From NCBI GenBank assembly GCA_002104905.1, contig MCFE01000185.1, positions 1 through 64,000 of the forward strand: a DNA stretch of 64,000 bases. Direction: 5' to 3'. Source of the stretch: Basidiobolus meristosporus CBS 931.73. Its lineage: Eukaryota; Fungi; Basidiobolomycota. Below the pieces are notes generated by a model. That model saw nothing but the letters and a program-made list of their open reading frames with translations, did no database searches and had not been told where the DNA came from. Within the stretch, counting starts at the first letter, position 1. Each line of letters starts with the position of its first letter. Made by a program: the position numbers and the translations under genes. Of the stretch, positions 52,814 to 64,000 are shown in pieces.

Positions 52814-53985
52814 TTGTGTTGTACTATGATTAGTTTGGGGCTTGTTCTACAATGTGGAGGCTAATCAACAATATACAACAACTTCCAGTATGCTAATACT
52901 GAAATGGTTAATTAGGAGTTTGATATACCAATAGAAGATATAACTTTCACTAATTTCCTCAATCTTAGGCTCAAAATATACTGTAGGCAGTGTTTATCAC
53001 TTCTACAGTAGTGTTCTAACCTTCTGTTGACTAATGGGCTTATTTACTTTTATAGTAACTTTTCCTTATTTAGAAGTCACTTTCCTTTCTGAGAAAATAT
53101 TTCCTAATATGGAAATTCTAAACTCCCCTTTAACCTAAAGGGGTGTGTTATAGAAGTCTCTAAAGGGGTCTTTAGACCTAAATGGGTGTCTTTAAAGCAA
53201 AGGGGCTTCTTGTAGTGGTCTCTTAGGTGAACTTTACACTAGAGGGGTCTTTAGACTAAAGGGGTGTCTAAAGGGGTGTCTTTAGAGTAAAGGGGTTTCT
53301 TAGAGGGGACTTTTCCAACAGAAAAGTGGTAGCTTCTTGTAGAACTTAGATTGGATTCTTGTGAGCTTTGCAGTCTCTTTACTGATGTAGTACCAATCAA
53401 AGTCAGAATACTCAACAGTGCAAGTGATGCAGGGGAAGTCTTATAACCTTTAAACTAGTAATTGTAGTGTGGAGATTCTGGAAAGAGAGGCTCTCCCTTT
53501 ATTTTTCAGCTGGGGAAGTCATATATATGAAAATTTTGAAGGATCAAAGTTTTTGGGCAATGGCACAAGCATTACACATGATACAAAGCTAAACTTTTGC
53601 AGTGGCGCAGATCGGATATAGGTGCAGCACCTGTGAAAGTATCATGTGATTTGATTGGCTGGTTCAAAAGTTGTACACCATCAAAGTCACCATAGTAATC
53701 CTAGCAATAAGGCATAGTATATATAATAATTGGACTCTTTTGGTCATAACTCCTTAAGTACTGCTTCAAATGAGCTGTAATTTGAAACATGTGCTGGCTA
53801 CTACATGTTCTGCATGACATAATATTCCTGGGTGGATTGCTTGTCAGGGTCTGGAGCATTTGCTCTTCAAGGTTGGAAATTCTTGATCTTTCACATGTGT
53901 GTTGCAATAGCAAAAGCAAAATAAAGAAATGAGTGCAATATTGGTTTAGAGATATTGTAGTAATGGAATGCTTTCCATTACCACA
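52814..53985 (-). mobile_element. Solo-LTR-like G3 copy in G1 RNase H
   Basis: Flanked by GATGC(A) duplication; excision restores FTVDASPIG. Confidence 0.8.
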
Positions 53986-55573
53986 GATGCAAGCCCTATA
54001 GGAGCTGGAGCACTACAAGGCCAAGATGATGAAGATGGAAACCGCTAAGCCTGCAGATATGAGAGCTGCCTCTTCTCTCCTAGAGAACAAAGATAGTCAG
54101 AGATTAAGAGAGCGCTACTAGGAGTTGTGAAGATGCCAAGGAAGCTGAAGTCACAGCTTTACAGGACACATTTCATCATGGAGACAGATGCCAAGCCACT
54201 TATGGGAATGATCAACAAGCCTGACCTACCGGATGATGCCACAAATTGATGGATAGCATGGCTCAAAATGCTTGACTTTGAGGTCAGACATGTTCCTGGC
54301 AAGACAAATGCTGTGGCCAATGCACTCTCCAGGAAAGGACCACAGTTGTCTGAAGATATGGACTCTGACTTTTATGACATAATTGATGCTGAAATCCAAC
54401 AACTACATATGAAGAAGCCCAGCAACCCTACATGAACTATCATCCAAGACTATCTGAGAGCCTTAAAGAACCCACCAGGAATGAGCCCACAGGATTTCAG
54501 AAAGCTCGGAAAGAAGGCACATCCTTTCTAAATAAAGGATGGCCTCCTCTTCAAATGAGTAAAGCCTGGACAGACACCAAGGAGAGTTATAGTTGAACAA
54601 CAGGAACAACTGACTATTATATCAAGCCTTCATGATGGCAGACCTGGTGGTCATAGAGGAAGAGATGCCACTGACTATGTTGTTTCCAGTAGATATTACT
54701 GGGAGCATATGTATCATGATGTCCAACACTTTGTTGAACCTTGTGAATTTGCCAAAGAAGATCAACCAAGAGATATGGGGAACTGCTCCATCCAACCTAC
54801 ACACCCTGCCTATGGCAGAAGGTTGGCATTGACCTGGTCCACATGCCAACTGCTGGAACCAAGAAGTACCTTGATGTTTCCAGAGATGATCTGAATTGAT
54901 GGGTAGAAGCTCAAACTCCATCCAACAACAAAAGCCACACAATATGGAGATTTATTCTTGAAGATATAATATGCAGATTTGGCTGCATCAACCAGTTTGT
55001 TGCAGACCAAGGAGAAATGACTCCAAGTTTGATCCAGGAACTCTGCTCACAATACAAGATTCATATTTCTTTCACCACCACCTATTACCTACAAGCCAAT
55101 GGAATGGTTGAAAGAGGCCATGGCCCACTAGTTAACTCCCTAGTCAAGAGCTGCTAGAACATGATACTACAGTGGTCTAGACAACTTTATCTAGCACTCT
55201 GGGCAGCTAGATTCACTACAAAATGCAACACAGGCCTATCTCCATTCAAATTGCTTTATGGACACAATTGTATTCTTTGAGTAGAGCTTGACTCAATATC
55301 ATAGAACATGCTAGAGTAGAGAACTACAATGAGTACAGAATAACTACTGATTACACTCATCAAACAGCTTGATCAACACAAACGTAATATTACCAGAGCA
55401 GCTGCTAAACTCAAAGAGACAAGACTTCAGAGCAAGGAACCATTTGACAAGTCACATAGCCTTAGACCAAAGCTGTTACTGCACAGAGATCCAGTATTGC
55501 TCTATGATTCCACTTTAGACAAACAGTAGAGTTGCAAGTTTGACAATAAGTGGTCTGGCCCATTTATTATCTC

Positions 55574-58500
55574 TGTTACAAGTCTTAGTATAAGAGTTGT
55601 AGAGGAATAGGGAGTTTAGCAAGTATTGTATTCACTAAAACTTGAACTGATCTTTATTGAGATTCCAGTAGCTCCTTATACACATTTTGCCAGATCAATT
55701 GCTTACTAATTGTATTTCCTAATGTAGGCTGTGGCTGATGACTCATATGCCTGCATCTTAATACCCAATAAGATCCTACCTAATACATCTATCTCTGTCT
55801 GATAAGGATCTGCTGATTCACTTGCTGACTAATGCTACTGATCTGATAGATAATACTGATTTACTGATAACCTAAACATATAACTAATTGATTTGACTAA
55901 AAACTGATCTAACTTCAACATTCAGGTGGCAGATCATAACTTTCTCCCCTGCCAAAGTTGAGAGGGTTCTCCCAAATCCCTTTTCTTGTGATACCAATAT
56001 CTTGATGGTTCAGTATTATCAGTAAGTCTTGCAAGCTTGAGTCTGTCCCTATGCACTAAGTCTTCCTGGATATTGCCTTGTTTGTCCACTAGTTGATAAG
56101 TGGCAAATGGACACGCTCTGATTATCTGAATGGTCCTATCCATTGCGGCTCAAACTTCTTGCAAGTGTTGTTTCTTGGCAATACAAAGTTCCCAACTGTC
56201 AATGCTTCTGGCACTATAGTCTTATCAAATCTGTGCTTCATCTTTTCTGCACTTTGAGATACTTTGGTCTGTGCCTCTTGACATCTTTGTTCCAGTTGCT
56301 GGTGTCTGCTTGGCTGACTGAGTTCATCTTCTAAGGCATTTGTAAGCTTTGGTTGTGTGAGATCTCTGGAATCCTTGGTTCATATCCATACACTAAGTAA
56401 ATGACAATTGTTGGGTAGTGTTGTGTACTCTGACTCTGCATGCAAAGAGTGCTTGGTCTATATACTCATCCCATCTACTGGTAACTCCATTTGCATACTT
56501 TGTCAGCATTTTTCCAAATAATCCATTAAACCGTTCAGTGACTCCATTAGTTCTGGGGTGATATGCCAAGGTTTTCAAGTGTTTGATCTGCTGTATTTCC
56601 AGCTAAGCTTCCAATGTCTTTGCCATAAAGTTTGCACCTCTATTGGATAAAATCTCTACAAGGCATCCAAACTTCATAAGGATCTCATGGTAGATGAAAC
56701 TTGCAACTTCTTGTTCACTGGCTATAGGTAGAGCTTTAGCCACTGGCTATTTAGTGGCATGGTCAGCTGCTACTAGGATTCAATGGTTGCATTTCCTGGT
56801 AGCAGTCTTCCAATAAAGGCAATTCCCCATCTTTCAAATGGTCTTACAGGCTCTAAGGGAAAGAGTTCAGCAATTCCCTGTGGTTGGCCTTGGTTGATTT
56901 GGCAATTTGGGCATGCTTTCACTAGCTTCTCAATATCATGTTTCATTCTGGGCCACCATGCTCTGGCTTTCACAAGGCTATAGGTTCCTACAATTCCAAG
57001 ATGTCCATTTTCATTGTGTAGCTTATATATAAAATCCAGGCAAGAAACATAAGGGCAATAAGCAATAGGGCTTCCATCAACAATTTGTTAGAGTGCTTCA
57101 TCCTGGATTATCTTCTTGATATCTTCATCCATCTCATTAGCAATGGCTTGGTCCTCCAAGTACTTTGGTAATAGGCTAGGCCAATCTGATTCATGCACCA
57201 AGTTGAATTGTGCAACTTGATGTAGTCTTGATAAGGAGTCAGCAACCGTGTTGTTTTTTCCAGGGCAGTAGACAATCTCCAAGTCAAATTGCTGAATGTA
57301 TTCACTCCATCTTGTCATTCTTCTGGAGAGTACCTTCTGAGTAAACATACACTTGAGGGAGGCATGATCAGTCCTTACAGTGCATTTGACTCCTTCAGTA
57401 TAGCATCACCATGTCTTCAAACAGTGTATTATAGCAAGCATCTCCTTCTCATGCACTGGATAGTTTTGTTCCGCTGAGTTCAGTTTCTTGGATTTAAAGG
57501 CAATGCGGTAGTCCCTTCCCTTGTGTTCTTGGCTCAACACTCCACCAATTGCATAATCTGAAGCATCTGTGCACAGAGTAAACTCTTTTCTGAAGTCAGG
57601 TATACTTAAGCTTGGTAGCTTAGCAAGTTCATTCTTGAGCATCTGGAAGGCAGTTTCACAAGCTATATCCCACTTGTAGTTATTGTCTTTCTTGAGGATA
57701 TCAGCTAAAGGGACTGCAATACATGCAAAGGACTTGTCAAATTTCCAATAATAGGAAACCATACCAAGGAATGATATGAGCTCTGATATGCTATGGGGCT
57801 GCTTTAGATTCTTGATTACTTCAACCTTCTTAGGGTCTAAGGTTACTCCTGTGCTAGTCACTATGTGTCTCAGATATTCAACATGTTCCATGAAGAATTC
57901 ACACTTGGGTAGCTTGACATAAAGCTTGTTCTCTATTAGCTTCTTCAAGACCTTTTCAATGTAAACCAAGTGATCCTCTGCTGTCTTGCTGTATATCAAT
58001 ATATCATCTAGGTAGATTATGACAAACTTGTCTAAGTACTCCTGGAAGACAGTCTGCATCAGGGTCATGAATGTTGCAGGGGCATTGATGAGGCCAAAAT
58101 GCATGACTAAGTACTTGTAATGTCCATATCTGGTCCTGAATGCTGTCTTAGGGATGTCTTCTGGTTTCACCCTAACCTGGTGGTATCCTGACATGAGGTC
58201 AATCTTGCTGAAAATAGTGGCTCCATTGAGTTGGTCCAAGAGCTCATCAGTCCAAGGTATGGGGTACTTATTCTTCACGGTAACTGAGTTGAGGGCTCTG
58301 TAGTCAATGCACATCCTAAGTGTTCCTTCCTTCTTCACAAAAAGTACTGGTGCTCCCCAAGGTGGTTTGCTGGGCCTGATATATTTTTGCTCCAGTAACT
58401 GATCTATTTGTCTCTTCATCTCTTCCAACTCCAATGGACTCATTTTGTAAGGTGTCTTACTCACTGGAGGGCTATCTCCTGTTTCAACAGCATGATCCAC

Positions 58501-60018
58501 GTCTCTGACTGGTGGTAGGCTTACAAGTTCTTCTCAAAATACATCTGAATATTCCTTCAAAAGAGTCTGGACCTTCTGGGGTACTGGGGTAGAGGACTCC
58601 ACTTGTAATGCTGCCATGAGGAACATCTGGGTGCCTTTTGTTAGTGCTCTACAGAACTGTGTCTTGCTTAGCTTACTTGTTTCACACACACTAGAATTGA
58701 CCAAGTTAAAATCCAGTCTGGCAGGTAATAGCTCATAGGTCTTGTTGTCCTTCTAGATCTGAGTAGCCTGGGTTCTCCAGTTGATTGATGGATTACAACA
58801 AAATAGCCAGGTTTTCCCAAATACAAGGTCAAACTTGCAGTTCCCAAATATATAGGCATATAGATCTTCTTCATAGTCATTGATATTCATCCTTACTGTC
58901 TGAGTAATACGGTTGATTATGTGAGAGTTCCCATCAGCTGTTGAGACTTAAGTTTATTTGGTGGGTTCCAAGTTGATTCCAGCTTTCAAAGCAAATTGCT
59001 CTGACATGTACTCATGCAATGCTCCTGAGTCAATCATGATCTTGGCATGTACTCCATTGATTACCCTATTCAAGTATAATAGCTGTCCTGAGCTTGAGGT
59101 CATTGGGGATAGTTATTCTTCTATCATATGGAAGGAGAGTTCTGAGTCTTCTTCAGGTTCATCCTCCATGTTACTATGCTCCATTGACTGAGTGTCTTCA
59201 ACTTTCTTCTTAGTAGTGTCTGTTGGTGTGGGGCTCAAAGGCATCCTGAATCTCAAACAGAAACTCATCCCAGGTAGAGATTGTAGAGCAATCCTATCAT
59301 GGGGGCTGACCTGATCTTGTTGTGATAACACTGTAAAGCTGCATCTGCCACCTAAGAGGCTCCAAAATGTAACTTCTTTTCTGGAGCAATTCCTTTAGCC
59401 TTGAAAGCTTCTTCAATCTGGAAGAGCCAAGTTCCCAGGTTTTCATTGACTCTACCATGGTACCGGTTGACCTTCACACTAAAGTTGCTCTTGACAGGGT
59501 TTTGCTGGCTTTGGGCCATGGTAGTCATTCCTTGTTGCTGCCGGGCCAGGATATGTTGCATTGCATTCTTCCATCCTTGATTTTTGCACATCTTGAGGGA
59601 GGCTTCTTCTTTCTTCAGGAGGGATGTTTCTGGTTATTGCTGCTACCAATTTTACAAGTCTTGGTATAAGAGTTGTAGAGGAATAGGGAGTTTTGCCAGT
59701 GTTGCACTCACCAAAACTTGAACTAATCTTTATTGAGATTCCAGCAGCTCCTTATACACATTTTGTCAGATCAATTGCTGACTACTTGAATTTCCTAATG
59801 TAGGCTGTTGCCAATGACTCATTTGACTGCATCATAATCACCCAATAAAATCCTACTTAATATATCAATTTCTGTCTGATAAGGATCAGCTGACTCACTT
59901 GCTGACTAATGCTACTGATCTGATAGGTAATACAGATATACTGATAACCTAAGCATATAACTAATTGATATGACTAAAAACTGAACTAACTTAAACATTG
60001 AAGCAGCAGATCATGACA
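55574..60018 (-). mobile_element. Ty3/gypsy element G2 (~369-bp LTRs 55574-55941 and 59650-60018) inserted in G1 integrase
   Basis: 4-bp TSD TCTC, and excision restores GPFIISKAIG. PBS TGGTAGCAGC; gag, protease IDSGA, RT (PWGAPVLFVKK, YLDD), RNase H TDASDY, integrase (WWP..C..C, YHPRTNG..ER); PPT GGCAGGGGAG. Confidence 0.92.
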
Positions 60019-60274
60019 TCTCTAAGGCAATTGGGAGTGGAAGCTACTACTTGTCTGAACTTGATGGAACACTGCTAAGAGTACCTGTGGCAGGAAACAG
60101 ACTCAAGCTATTTAAGCACCAGAATTTTGCACATCATATTTAGTTTGCTTTGACCTGAGATCAAAGCTGAGAGGGGGGTGGATTTGGCGGGGTCACAGTG
60201 ACACCCGTAGGCCGATGTTCTCATTCCTATATGTCCACTTTCCTGAAAAGGATTACCCCTGCTTATATTGGTAC

Positions 60275-60644
60275 TATTGAAATATTGGACTATTTTGGTA
60301 TCATTCAGCAGCTAAAAATTTACTTAACAATTCCAGACTAGTCTTAGTCACTGTAGGACTCATTTACTGCCTTAACTTTGCCACTTTCTCCAGATATATG
60401 GTCTTATGATTATTCCCCTATAGTCAGGATCAAATTAGTACTATTACTCAACATTATGTACTAACCCTGAAACTGTTACAGAATGCTCCTGAATATTGAG
60501 AAACCCTCCCTACTTAGTGTTACAGCTGTATTACTTGTACAAAGGTATAAATACTGAGCTTCTTTATGAATAAACAACAGTTCAACTATTATCACTATAT
60601 CTTGATTAGTTCTCTATATTTAAATCACTTCTTAAATTGCAACA
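60275..60644. mobile_element. Solo LTR family C inserted in the G1 3' LTR
   Basis: TATTG..CAACA, 370 bp, homologous to 33789-34156; absent from the other two G1 LTRs. Confidence 0.8.
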
Positions 60645-61647
60645 GTAACATCCCAAATTGCAATATTTTCTATCTGTACATGTAATTATTACTATGTGAC
60701 CTGGCAAACTATTTGGCACTATTAGCCCATTACACAAGCTACTACTATTCCTTGCCAAGATGCCAAGATGCCAAGATGCGCTAGTTACCATATAAGGTAA
60801 GTACCCCCAACAGTGCTTATGTTATGTGATCATCCTGGTTTCATAACCCTCCTATCCCACTACCATGTGAGATAGCTACATGTCACAGAAGTTTCATATT
60901 ACTACTCTCTGATGTGCTAGGTACTACAATGTCTCATGAAACAATCTGCCATGAATTTGAGCTATTTTTAGTACACAACAACATGATTGGCTGTCTACTA
61001 CCTTCTGGAAACTTCTAGAAAGTATTTTATAGCAAAAATTTGAGCAGCACAAAAAAGGTATTTAAGGGAGGCTATCCCTTAGGAATAAATCATCCCTCTT
61101 CCAATATTCTAACTTATTGATTAGTAAGATCACTGCTGCCTATTACCACTACTTTCTGACTCAGACCTGACAATACTCCCAGGAAACCACACTGACAGCC
61201 AACTGGCCTTGGAGGCACTACTTGTGAGGAATACTCAGAGTGGGTATATTTTATTATATTTGATTATTTTCCCAAGTTTGTTCTTGTACAGGCAAAGATA
61301 CTTTTCAGTCTTTGTAACTATTGGTCAAAGCTGCGTTCTTATCAAGTCCCTGTTGGTGGAGTTTACAGTAGTTTTGACTGTGGAGGCTTTAGTACACTGT
61401 CATCTCAAAGGATATTGAAGCCATTATAAACTTTGGTTAAAATGCCAACTAAGTTGGTGATTGTAGCTGAATAGTGTTCCCTTGACAAGCTTGAGGCTTT
61501 ATCCCCCTTCACATTAGATTAGACAAAAGACCCAATATTCCTGGCAAGCTTTTGCCAGAGGTTATTGCACCCAGTGAACACCCCACACACATTAACACTA
61601 GAGAAGTGTTGGCTGTATTTTGCCCTTTGGACTTATACACCCCCACA

Positions 61648-63900
61648 GCTTTTCCACTAATATAAGTAATGGGGGCTTTGAGGATTTATTACTACTTGTA
61701 GCAAAACTAATACCAGGATGCGACTTACCATGTACATGGTACAAGTGGACAACTGTCATGCAACTGGTAACATATGATTCAGAGACTGTCCTGATTCCAG
61801 CATGCATTGACTGTTAAATGATATTCACATCCAAAAATGCTACCATTTCAACATCTCCATATTGTCAGGAATCCACTGCCATTGGGGGAAAACATTCTTC
61901 ACACTCTGGATACATTCTGGTCATACCCCGTCTGAGGAAACTGATGCGGTCCAACAAATATTGCAGAGCTTTACAGTACTGCACTCAGTATCAGTCAAGT
62001 GCAGACATATCTGATGTATTTGATGGCAAACATTACAAACAGCTAAGCAGTAAGGATACTTTGAAGGTATGTATAGCCATGCCTTTGCTTTAGCACTTGA
62101 TGGATTCTCATTAAACAAGTACTCTACTACCAAATCCTGCTGGCCACTAATTCTCATCAATTGCCAGTGGGATAACAGTTTTGTATGCTTTCCAACAGGA
62201 CAACAGTAAATGGCTGTCATATAAAAGCACATATTATTATCTGCAATGGAGATACCCCAGCCATCAGCAAGATAGCAGGTTTTTCCGGGCACAATGGACG
62301 GTATTGCTGTCAAATGTATGAGATCCAGGGGATTTACTCCATACCTCATACACAGTATCATTACCCAGACACCAGCACTAAGAATATCATCTTTTCATAG
62401 AGAATGTAAAGAAGTAAGCATGCAATTGCAGCAAAGTTTGCAAGCTATAAGCTGTTGGCCAGAATATGTAATTATTTTGAAACCAGAGATACTTAAGATA
62501 GAGGGTATCTGATGGAGCAATAGTTTTCCACTGGGAGCAATGTACTTGCCTTTCAACAATATCTCTATACCATTGACTAAGTTGTACATGGGGCATTTCA
62601 AGCTAAGTGAGCCCTTCAAGGTACCTGAGAAATTTGGAAGAATTGGCAAGAAATTCCAGAGTATCCACTACTCTAAGCACCTCCCATGGGCTCCAATTAA
62701 TGTTCATATCCATATGCAACAATACAAATGCAAAGACCGGATGAACTGGACATGTATTTATTCAAGTGGTGTTTGGAAACCATTCCTACCAAGATTACAT
62801 TGGAAGCATTGGGAGTCATATGTGAACATTGTAGAAATATTTATCCAGAAGTGGATCACCAATGCTAACTTGACACATCTACAGCTGTTGTGTGAGGAGT
62901 TTGTAACAGGATTTGAGCAGCTATACTACAAACCTAAAGCTGAGTGCAAAGATCTCTGCCACTACTGTATCCACTCTCAACTCCATCTTGCATGGTGTGC
63001 AGAGACTATTGGACCTTGCTTCACCTTTTGGGAGTTTTGTATGGGACAGAAGTGTGGGGAGATAGGAAGACAAGTCAAGTTGCAGGTACTACAATATCCC
63101 AACCTCATCAAAAATATTACCTTCAAGTCCATCATGGATGTGATGAGTTGGCATATGGAGGACAGCCAGAAAGAGTAGGAAAATACTCAGGACAAATGTG
63201 CACAAGGAGACACCTATGCCTATGGCATCAAGAAGCTAAGCGGCCCTGATGCGTGGGTAATCAGTCAAGTAATGCAAAGTTGGGTTGGGTGCAACAAGCA
63301 ACTGATTTTATCAGGAAAGCTCTACCAAGATATGCCAGCTTTCTCATGTTCACAAGCCAACTTCTACACCATTTGATATAGATCTCACACAAACAAAAGC
63401 CAGAGCACACTTATAAGGGGGACTAGAATCCAGCAGGGAGAAGGAATATATATGCTAAGTAACCAGAAATTCTTTGCAGATATTCACAAGGTATTCATGG
63501 TAGAAGTTGCAACAAGCAAGCATATGCTTGCAGATGCATATGTTACCAGCAGTACAAGGTATTTGGCAACTTTGCAAGTATTGCAGCAAAAAGCCATAAA
63601 GTTGAGGTGATAGAGGTATGTCAATTGTGGCAAGTATGCATGTTAGTGGAGGTTAGTAAGCAGGAGGCCATAGTTTTTTTTGATTCAGACTATATGTGGA
63701 ATACTCAAGGTAGTAGTGGGTAAGCAAATAAAGAGGGGTGATTCTACACTGGAATATATGAATTGCACAAGGAGAGGTAGAAAATGGAAATACCACTTGG
63801 CAAAATGGTACAGTAGCATTATACAGAACCAGCAGTAGGCCGCCATACTACCAATATAATGCCATAAGAGTCTTGCTATGAGGCTGTCAGAGTACCATCA
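61648..63900 (+). pseudogene. EnSpm/CACTA Tnp2-family transposase of copy C (most complete core in the window), disrupted
   Basis: DVFDGKHY, ALALDGF, WPLILINC, GDTPAISKIAGFSGHNGRYCC, HSQLHLAWCAETIGPCFTFWEF..G.KCG. Confidence 0.85.
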
Positions 63901-64000
63901 AGCTTCTTGCCATACAAAGTAATTGGATGTCCTGGCCAACTGGATCCACTTAACATAGCTATAGAGTTCTAAAAGACCACAACAATACCATGCAAATATT

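Larger units (their letters stand above)
47416..61647 (+). mobile_element. Ty3/gypsy element G1 (~7.1 kb net, ~1.08-kb LTRs 47416-48492 and 60183-61647) with four nested insertions
   Basis: PBS TGGCACCCAATGCAGGGG (48497); gag GAPQLDGKNV; protease IESGSE; RT (PYASRWF..KK, DLYSGYNQ, FVDE); RNase H TVDASP; integrase GHRG..C, GPF motif; PPT GAGAGGGGGGTGGA. All frames are disrupted. Confidence 0.9.
44233..64000 (+). mobile_element. CACTA copy C (runs off the window), split by gypsy G1
   Basis: Left terminus CCCTATGAGAAATTATT; ORF2 at 44.6-46.64 kb on the minus strand; transposase begins ~46.9 kb and resumes at 61648. Confidence 0.85.

Noticed and set aside
23654-64000. Alternative genetic code or stop-codon readthrough to explain in-frame TAA/TAG/TGA
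   Set aside because: Host genes end at TAA, TAG and TGA normally; internal stops occur only in repeats and map to C-to-T changes at Q/R/W codons.

Overview
Eukaryotic window, most likely an early-diverging fungus. This is inferred from 55-80 nt GT-AG introns with CTAAC-like branch points and a fungal gene set; the species cannot be determined here. There are two sharply different compartments. (1) About 2.6-23.6 kb is a CpG-rich gene island: ERG27-like 3-ketosteroid reductase, two inverted Uds1-domain coiled-coil paralogues, TOM7, MDM34, ARF1, a USP/C19-type deubiquitinase ending in a CaaX box, a 2OG-Fe(II) oxygenase and an intronless secreted CAP protein. (2) 1-~2.3 kb and 23,654-64,000 are almost CpG-free, deeply nested transposon graveyards. 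These hold four copies of a CMC/CACTA-type DNA transposon (CCCTA termini, 3-bp TSD, divergent second ORF), Ty1/copia elements (one with 90-bp LTRs, one LTR-bounded unit with non-copia content), two Ty3/gypsy elements and several solo LTRs. Most insertion junctions could be resolved from TSDs and from empty-site paralogues inside the window. Copy-to-copy comparison shows C-to-T hypermutation at CpG and also at CpA. All gene models and alignments were done by eye, with no database search.
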